The notes under the pieces: model-generated
What the model was told of the DNA's origin: nothing
Database searches by the model: none
Seen by the model: only the letters and a program-made list of their open reading frames with translations
Made by a program: the position numbers and the translations under genes
Shown: positions 55,145 through 61,563 of the stretch, one piece after another
Position numbering within the stretch: the stretch's first letter is position 1
Layout of the letters: each line of letters starts with the position of its first letter
Origin: Thermoguttaceae bacterium
GTDB lineage: Bacteria; Planctomycetota; Planctomycetia; Pirellulales; Thermoguttaceae
Length of the DNA stretch: 64,000 nt
NCBI GenBank assembly: GCA_017436025.1
Contig: JAFSDX010000034.1
Coordinates: 6,210-70,209, forward strand
Direction: 5' to 3'

Positions 55145-56328
55145 CGGTCTCGCCCCGCGACGTAATCGGCGAGATAATTCAGCGCGTCCCAAGCCGCCGA
55201 GTCGACCGAGAACGTCGGCCCGGTCGACTCGGACGCTCCGTCGGCGCCGATTCCGCCGCCGATTCCGCCGTCAAATTCCGCGACAAATTCCGGTTTCAGC
55301 GCCAATTTCGCTTTCTCGACGCATTCGGCGAGGAGCCGCCGCGTCCCGTCGACGCCAAATAAGGAAATATACGTCAACTTTCCGGCTTCGGCGTCCTTTT
55401 GAGCGCGTTTCCCGAGCTTCGCTTCGTCGCCGACCGCGTCGAGGAGGTCGTCCGAAATTTGGAACGCTTGCCCCCAATACCGCCCGAAGAGGTCGAGCCG
55501 ATTCAGCGTCGCGTCCGACGCTCCGGCGAGAAGCGCGCCCAAACGGAGCGAAACGCGAATCATCGCCCCGGTCTTGCGTCGATGAATTTTGCGCAAAAAC
55601 GCCGCCGTCGCGTCGCGAACGGAATCGTCGAGCGCCGTTTTTTCGACGCTTTCGTCATTACCGTCGTCGCCGCAATTTCCGTTATTTTCACCGTTTCCGT
55701 TATTTTCGTCGTTTTCTCCGCTTTTCGCGCCGTCGAGCGCGTCGCCGCCGTCGGAAAACGCCGTCTTCAGAACGGACGCGACCAAGTCGAAAGCGCCCGG
55801 CGACGCCGCCGAAACCGCCGACCAAAGAACGTCGTCCGCCTGCCCGCCGACCATTCCGGACGCTCCCGCCGCCCGCGCCAACTCGGCGACGCAACGAACG
55901 ACGCGGCTCGGCTCGACCGGGCTCTTCGCCAACGCTTCGAACGCGAACGCTTGGAGCGCGTCGCCGGCCAAAATCGCGGTCGCTTCGTCGAAACGCCGAT
56001 GACAAGTCGGGCGTCCGCGGCGCAGATCGTCGTCGTCCATCGCCGGCAAGTCGTCGTGTATCAACGAGTAAGAGTGAATCGCTTCGACCGCGACCGCCGC
56101 CGGAACCGCCGCTTCCCGACTCCCGCCGCAAAGCTCCGCCGCGATCAGCGTCAACGCCGGACGCAACCGCTTCCCGGGCGCGAGGAGCGAATAACGCGCC
56201 GCGTCGGTCAACCGCTTCGGCGAATCGTCGTCGAAACGCGAAAACGCGTCGAGCGCCGCGTCGATTTCCCGCCGCAATTCCGCCAAATATTCCGTCGGCG
56301 TCGATTTTTCTCGTCGTTCGGTCGTCAT
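55141..56328 (-). CDS. ispA: (2E,6E)-farnesyl/geranylgeranyl diphosphate synthase (IspA-type) with an N/G/D-rich insertion
   Basis: FARM LIHDDLPAMDDDDLRRGRPTCH; KTGAMIRVSL; SARM FQISDDLLD. About 78 extra residues lie between GGQADD and LRKIHRRKTGA. Confidence 0.85.
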   Translation of the reverse strand: MTTERREKSTPTEYLAELRREIDAALDAFSRFDDDSPKRLTDAARYSLLAPGKRLRPALTLIAAELCGGSREAAVPAAVAVEAIHSYSLIHDDLPAMDDDDLRRGRPTCHRRFDEATAILAGDALQAFAFEALAKSPVEPSRVVRCVAELARAAGASGMVGGQADDVLWSAVSAASPGAFDLVASVLKTAFSDGGDALDGAKSGENDENNGNGENNGNCGDDGNDESVEKTALDDSVRDATAAFLRKIHRRKTGAMIRVSLRLGALLAGASDATLNRLDLFGRYWGQAFQISDDLLDAVGDEAKLGKRAQKDAEAGKLTYISLFGVDGTRRLLAECVEKAKLALKPEFVAEFDGGIGGGIGADGASESTGPTFSVDSAAWDALNYLADYVAGRDR

Positions 56329-56420
56329 TTTTGCCTCTCGTTCGTCGTCGATTCGCGAGTCGTCCCGTCGCGGTCGTTTTTAGTTATCAAGCAAGCCTTA
56401 GTTTGCCGATTCTGCCGATT

Positions 56421-57068
56421 TTACCGCCTCGACATTGCATTTTTTGCCGTTTTAAACTTTTTTGACGGTTTTAAAGGTCGCTCAAAACGGCGGCGCGTCG
56501 TCAAAAAGCTCCGACCGCGCGGCGGTTCCGGTCGTTTCGGCGGTTCTTGCGTCGGAGCGGAAGTTCGCCGAGTCGTCGTTCGGGTTCGCGCCGGACTCGC
56601 CGCCGGTTCGGACGCCGTCGGTTCCGCCGGAGCCGGAGTCGCCGTTCGTCGCGCCGTCGACGTTCGAGTCGGTCGCGACGCCGGTTCTTGCGCCGACGCG
56701 TCGGGAACGTTCCCGTTTCCGAGGGCCGTCAAGTTTGCGGGTCGCGCCGGATTTTCCGGTTTTACCGCCGTCCGAACGCCCGACTTCGCCGCCGTCGCGG
56801 GAGGCGTTTGGCGTCCGGCGACGTCCGTTTGCGACCGGAGCGCGTTTTCGTCCGCTTGTTCGAGAATCGGCGCGCCGTTTTCGTCGACGCCCTTCAAAAT
56901 TTCGACGCGGCGCTCCGCTCCGTCGAGAATTTGACGGCAACGGCGCAACAGCCGAATCCCCTCTTCGTATTGAGCGAGCGACTCTTCCAACTCGCCGCGC
57001 CCGCTTTCGAGCGTCGAAACGATCGTTTCCAAGCGCCGAAACGCTTCTTCAAAGGAGATTTCGTTCAT
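56421..57068 (-). CDS. xseB: Exodeoxyribonuclease VII small subunit with a ~140-aa disordered C-terminal tail
   Basis: MNEISFEEAFRRLETIVSTLESGRGELEESLAQYEEGIRLLRRCRQILDGAERRVEIL is a typical XseB. It occupies the conserved xseB-ispA-dxs position. Confidence 0.75.
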   Translation of the reverse strand: MNEISFEEAFRRLETIVSTLESGRGELEESLAQYEEGIRLLRRCRQILDGAERRVEILKGVDENGAPILEQADENALRSQTDVAGRQTPPATAAKSGVRTAVKPENPARPANLTALGNGNVPDASAQEPASRPTRTSTARRTATPAPAEPTASEPAASPARTRTTTRRTSAPTQEPPKRPEPPRGRSFLTTRRRFERPLKPSKKFKTAKNAMSRR

Positions 57069-57280
57069 CGCGTCCTTTCGTTTTTCCCTAAATCGCCGAG
57101 TCGACCGACTCTCGCCGACCGTCCCCGCTTCCCTATTTTACCGTCGTTCCGTCAAACGCCGACGCCGCGCCGCCTGCGTTTTTTCTTTATTTTACGCAAA
57201 CGACGCGGTTTCGTCGCTAAATTTTACGCGTTTTACCCAATTTTCGGCAAACCGCGTTTTTTGTCGCCTGTTTTTCAGGT

Positions 57281-57718
57281 TCAGTCGACAATCTCGACCT
57301 TAACGGAGGTCATTTTGTCGCCTTGTTGGATCGTATCGACGACGTTTTGCCCTTCGAGAACTTTGCCGAAAACGGAGTGTTTGCCGTCGAGCCAAGGGCA
57401 AGGAACGTGCGTAATGAAGAATTGCGAACCGTTCGTGTTCGGGCCGGCGTTCGCCATCGAGAGGACGCCCGGGCCGTCGTGTCGGAGGTCGGGATGGAAT
57501 TCGTCGTCGAATTGATAACCGGGGCCGCCGCAACCGACGCCGGTCGGGTCGCCGCCTTGAATCATAAAGTCGGCGATGACGCGGTGAAAGATCAGGCCGT
57601 TGTAAAAGCCGTCGTTCGCCAAATTTTCAAAGTTGGCGACGGTGCGCGGGGCCTTGTCGGCGAAGAGTTCAATTTTGATCGTTCCGCGTTCCGTTTCGAT
57701 CGTCGCGATTTTTTTCAT
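57281..57718 (-). CDS. Cyclophilin-type peptidyl-prolyl cis-trans isomerase
   Basis: [17 protein letters not shown] ... [18 protein letters not shown] ... [12 protein letters not shown]. Confidence 0.9.
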   Translation of the reverse strand: MKKIATIETERGTIKIELFADKAPRTVANFENLANDGFYNGLIFHRVIADFMIQGGDPTGVGCGGPGYQFDDEFHPDLRHDGPGVLSMANAGPNTNGSQFFITHVPCPWLDGKHSVFGKVLEGQNVVDTIQQGDKMTSVKVEIVD

Positions 57719-57854
57719 TGCTGCGTTCCTCTTTTTATCAAAGTTTCAGACAAAATTCATTTTTCGACGCAAACCGTTTTTCTCGTTTGAAAAGCGACGG
57801 TTCGCGGAGCCGGGCCCGGCCGACGTTTCCGACCGTCGCGGCGCGTTACCGTTA

Positions 57855-57882
57855 ATTATAACTTTTTCGCGAAAAAACTCAA
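57855..57882 (-). promoter_or_regulatory. Sigma70-like promoter for the cyclophilin gene
   Basis: The minus strand reads TTGAGT (57882-57877), a 16-nt spacer containing the palindrome TTTTCGCGAAAA, then TATAAT (57860-57855). Confidence 0.45.
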
Positions 57883-58014
57883 GACGCAAGCGCATTTTCC
57901 CGTTTTTTCCGTTTGCGTCGACTTTGCCGGCGTCCGTCGTTCCCAACGCGTTTCGCCGCCGTCGCTCCGACCCTCCGCAAACGTCGCTTTTTCGCCAATT
58001 TTTCGCCGTTTTTC

Positions 58015-58041
58015 CCCTTATATATTAATAAGGGCGTTTTT
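58015..58041 (+). terminator. AT-rich hairpin plus T-tract in plus orientation, with no plus-strand gene upstream
   Basis: CCCTTAT (58015-58021), loop ATATTA, ATAAGGG (58028-58034), then CGTTTTTGGGCGTTTT. On the minus strand the flanks are A-rich, so it is a poor terminator for the hydrolase gene. Confidence 0.3.
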
Positions 58042-58060
58042 GGGCGTTTTCGCCGAACGC

Positions 58061-58966
58061 TCAACGGCAAAAGTCGGCGACGGCGGCGACGAACTCGTCG
58101 GAGCGTTTCGCCGGGAAGACGTGCGACGCGTCGGGGAGCGCGATTCGCCGAGCGCCGGGAATTTGCGCCGCGATGTATTCGCCGGTCTCGACGCGGTAAA
58201 GCGAACCCGGGTCGGCGTGCAGGACGAGGGTCGGAACGTCGATTTTGCCGAGCGAAGCGCGGAAGTCGGCGGTCGTCATCGACTCCCAATAACGGCGGTC
58301 GACGGCGGCGCGCTCCGGCGGAATCGGCGCGAAAAAGACGCGTTTCGCAAGGGATTCGCGGAGCCCGGTAACTTCGATCGCCTTCGCGAGCCAAGCGTCG
58401 CGGTCGAGCGGTTCCGGCCAACTTGGCGGGTCGGCGGGATTCGACGGAATTTCGCAACGGGCGAAGAAAGTCGTTTTAAAAAGAGGCGGATCGTCGCGCA
58501 AAATTTGCATATCGCGCTCGTAATCGTCGGCGAAGTAGCGCCCTTGGCAATATCCGAGCCGCCAAGCGTCGTCGTTGAGGAGCTTGGGGCACGTGTCGAC
58601 GAAAACGGCCTTCGCGACGCGGTCGGTTCCGAACTGTTCGAAGTAAGAAAAGAGGACGGAGCCGCCCATCGAGTACCCGACGAGCGCGACGTCGCGAGCG
58701 TCGAGGCGTTCGATCAGCGCGCGCAGGTCGGCGGCGGAGCGTTCGACGCCAAAATCGGGCGAAAAGGGCGACTTGCCGTACCCGCGCTGGTCGAAGGCGA
58801 CCGTCCGGAACGCGCCGCAACCGTTAAAGCGTTCGATAATTCCGTTCGCCGTCGCGACGGAGCCTCCGAACCCGTCGATATAAAAGAGAAACCGCCCTTC
58901 CCCGACGTCGACGTAAGCGATTTCCGCGCCGTCGTCGACCGTCGCCGTTCGATATTCGAGCTTCAT
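58061..58966 (-). CDS. Alpha/beta-fold hydrolase
   Basis: Nucleophile elbow VGYSMGGSV; an HG-like FLFYIDGFGGS near the N-terminus; C-terminal DASHVF (catalytic His). Confidence 0.75.
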   Translation of the reverse strand: MKLEYRTATVDDGAEIAYVDVGEGRFLFYIDGFGGSVATANGIIERFNGCGAFRTVAFDQRGYGKSPFSPDFGVERSAADLRALIERLDARDVALVGYSMGGSVLFSYFEQFGTDRVAKAVFVDTCPKLLNDDAWRLGYCQGRYFADDYERDMQILRDDPPLFKTTFFARCEIPSNPADPPSWPEPLDRDAWLAKAIEVTGLRESLAKRVFFAPIPPERAAVDRRYWESMTTADFRASLGKIDVPTLVLHADPGSLYRVETGEYIAAQIPGARRIALPDASHVFPAKRSDEFVAAVADFCR

Positions 58967-59152
58967 TTAATTTTCGCGACGCGTTTCGAGCCGCCGCGCT
59001 CCTTTTCGCGCTGTTTCGCCGTTTCGGGTAAAATTTCGACTCTCGAAACGAAGCGACCGCCGAACGCGCCCGACGCTCGCCGCGTTGAACTTTACCGAAT
59101 TTAACGAAAAAACGCAAGAGCGAAGCGGGAAAAACGCCGCGTCGCGCTCGGG

Positions 59153-61276
59153 TCAATCGCCGAAAAGACCGCGCCGCGCAACCGCTTCCGCCGCTTTTAT
59201 CCGCGCGACCGCTTTATTCCCTCCCGTCCCCCCGTTTTCCCCGTCGAGCCAGTTTTCGCCGCCCAAACGCGCCGTCAAACGAGCGGTTTTATACGCCATA
59301 TCGAGCGTGTAAACGGTGTGCCCTTGGTAAACGCCGGTTTCCGGAAGCCGCTCGACGACGAGCGCGACGTCGGCGCGTTCCGGCGCCTCGCGTCGAACGG
59401 TTAAAGTCAACGGCAGAAGATAGCAAACGTTGCGTTTTCTTGGGTTAAAAGAAGGAACCGCCGTTCGAAAGTTCGCCGCGACGCGCTTTTTCACCAGCTC
59501 GACCGCCGCGTCGAACCGAAGTTTCATCTCGAACAACTCGCTCGACCCGGGCAGTTTCTTCTCCAACGCTTTAAAATATTGGCGGCGCGCCGGGTCTTTC
59601 TCCGGCTTGTCGACGACGGCGTCGAGCGTTCGCGTTTCGCCGTCGATTTCCAAGGTCAGAAACTCCGGCGAACAGTACCGCCGCAAGAAAACGCTCGGCA
59701 GTCGAGCGACGTTTTCGACGAGGCAATGCTCCGCGTCGCAAAGAATCGCCGCGTCGCCGTCGAAAACCAGGTCTTCGCGACGCTCGAAAAAACGCGCTCG
59801 CTCCGGAAACGGGTCAAACCGCGCGACCAACTCTTTCCCGTCGGCGTTCTCCGCGGCGACGGCGAACGACGAAAGGCGCCAAGGTTGCGGCCCCGCCCCG
59901 ACGTTTTTGCGGAAAAACGCGAAAATCGGGTCGAATTTGCGGTCGAAAAGACCGGTATTGAACGCGGCGACGTCCTCGGCGAGCGCGATTTTCACCTTCC
60001 CTTCGAACGCGAGTTGGCGGAACGTATATTTCAAATACGACTCCAAAATCGGATAACGCGACTCTCCGGGCGCCGGTTTCGCGCCGTCGAACCGCCATTT
60101 TTCCGGAAGCGCGAGGGCGGCCAACTCGTCGAACCGCTCCGGCGCGACGACCGCCCAATCGGCGAGTTCCGCGTCGTTTTGGTTCGGCGCCAACGTCGGA
60201 CGAACCCGCCAAGCGGTCGCCTCGCTCTTGTCGAATTGCAACGCTTCCGGAAAACGCGACTCCAACAGCTTCGCATAACTCGCGCACCCCAACGACTTGC
60301 AATCGACGTCGTTCGCTTTCAAGCGCGGGCCGAGGACGGTGAAATCGACCCAAGCGCTCGGGTCGCGGCGTCCGGAATCGTCCTTTTGCAACGCGCGCAA
60401 CGCCGCCAAAACGCGCTTTTCCAGCTCCGCGTCGGAGAGTTTGGGCGACGTTTGCGGCGTCGAGACTCTCGCGACCGGAACGACCGCCGTCGTTTCCTTT
60501 TTCGGAACGGTCAAAGCGTTCGCCGCAACCGGCGTTTTTTCCGCGACGGTCGCGACGGTCGACGCCGTCGTCGGCGTTTGCGCAACCGGAACGACCGCCG
60601 TCGACGCCGTTTTCGGTCGCGTTCGTCGAGCGTTTGGATCGCCGTCAAATTCCAATTTATCGGCGAAACGCGCCTCCACAAATTTCGCGAACGTTGAAAA
60701 ACCGGCGGTTTTGCCGTCGACGCCCTTTTCTTTAAGCCGAGCGCCGAGCCGGGTATAAGGAACCCAATCGCTCGCGTCGCGGACGCCGTTTTCGTTCGTT
60801 TGCAGTTCGCGAATCGCCGCCAAGACGCGCTTTTCGACCTCCGCGTCGGAAAGTTTGGACGGCGCGTTCGCGGGAACGCTTGGCGACGCGGACGTCGGCG
60901 CCGGAATCGCCGTTTCGACCGCGACCGTCGACTTTTTCTCAGGAACGCTCGACGACGCGACGGCTTTTTCCGGCGGCGCTTGCGTCAAACGAACGCGGCT
61001 GTTCGGGCGCGCGCCCGATTTGTTTAAGCGAAATTCGATTTCGCCGCGCTCCGCTTCGTCGCGAAACGCCGCCTCCATAAACGCGGTAAAATTCGAGCCG
61101 AGTTCGCAAGTCTTCCAAGCGACGCCCGCTTTCGTCAACCGCGAGCCGAGCGCGCCGAAGTCGACCCATTTTGCCGAGTCGAAAACGCCGTCCGCCGCCG
61201 TCTGCAACGCGACGATTTCCGCTAAAATCGCTCTTTTCATCAACGCCGGAACCGCCGCGCTCGTTTGATTCTCCAT
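59153..61276 (-). CDS. Protein with three OST-HTH/LOTUS-like domains and a DUF3825-like C-terminal domain
   Basis: Three ~70-aa modules. Examples: LSDAEVEKRVLAAIRELQTNENGVRDASDWVPYTRLGARLKEKGVDGKTAGFSTFAKFVEARFADKLEF and LSDAELEKRVLAALRALQKDDSGRRDPSAWVDFTVLGPRLKANDVDCKSLGCASYAKLLESRFPEALQF. They are separated by Pro/Thr/Ala linkers. The C-terminal region contains RYPILESYLKYTFRQLAFEGKV. I prefer the ATG at 61276. Confidence 0.6.
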   Translation of the reverse strand: MENQTSAAVPALMKRAILAEIVALQTAADGVFDSAKWVDFGALGSRLTKAGVAWKTCELGSNFTAFMEAAFRDEAERGEIEFRLNKSGARPNSRVRLTQAPPEKAVASSSVPEKKSTVAVETAIPAPTSASPSVPANAPSKLSDAEVEKRVLAAIRELQTNENGVRDASDWVPYTRLGARLKEKGVDGKTAGFSTFAKFVEARFADKLEFDGDPNARRTRPKTASTAVVPVAQTPTTASTVATVAEKTPVAANALTVPKKETTAVVPVARVSTPQTSPKLSDAELEKRVLAALRALQKDDSGRRDPSAWVDFTVLGPRLKANDVDCKSLGCASYAKLLESRFPEALQFDKSEATAWRVRPTLAPNQNDAELADWAVVAPERFDELAALALPEKWRFDGAKPAPGESRYPILESYLKYTFRQLAFEGKVKIALAEDVAAFNTGLFDRKFDPIFAFFRKNVGAGPQPWRLSSFAVAAENADGKELVARFDPFPERARFFERREDLVFDGDAAILCDAEHCLVENVARLPSVFLRRYCSPEFLTLEIDGETRTLDAVVDKPEKDPARRQYFKALEKKLPGSSELFEMKLRFDAAVELVKKRVAANFRTAVPSFNPRKRNVCYLLPLTLTVRREAPERADVALVVERLPETGVYQGHTVYTLDMAYKTARLTARLGGENWLDGENGGTGGNKAVARIKAAEAVARRGLFGD

Positions 61277-61563
61277 CGCCGTCTTTCGCCGCCTTCGTTT
61301 TAATATTTCGCCGCCCGCAATTAACCGCAACTTTTTTTCAATCGCATTAATCGCCGAAAGACGCGCCGACCTCGCAAGCCGACGCGCCGTACTTCGCTCG
61401 AACCGCCAACCGTCCGAACGCTAAATACCTCGTTCCCGAAGCAAAACAACGCTAACCGGACGCCAGTCCGCCGCCGTAAAGTCTTGCGTCGCGACGCAAC
61501 GGACGACGACCGCCTTCTCGCAAGCGCTCTCGCCGTTCTTCGCGCCGACGCGTCCGTCGAACG

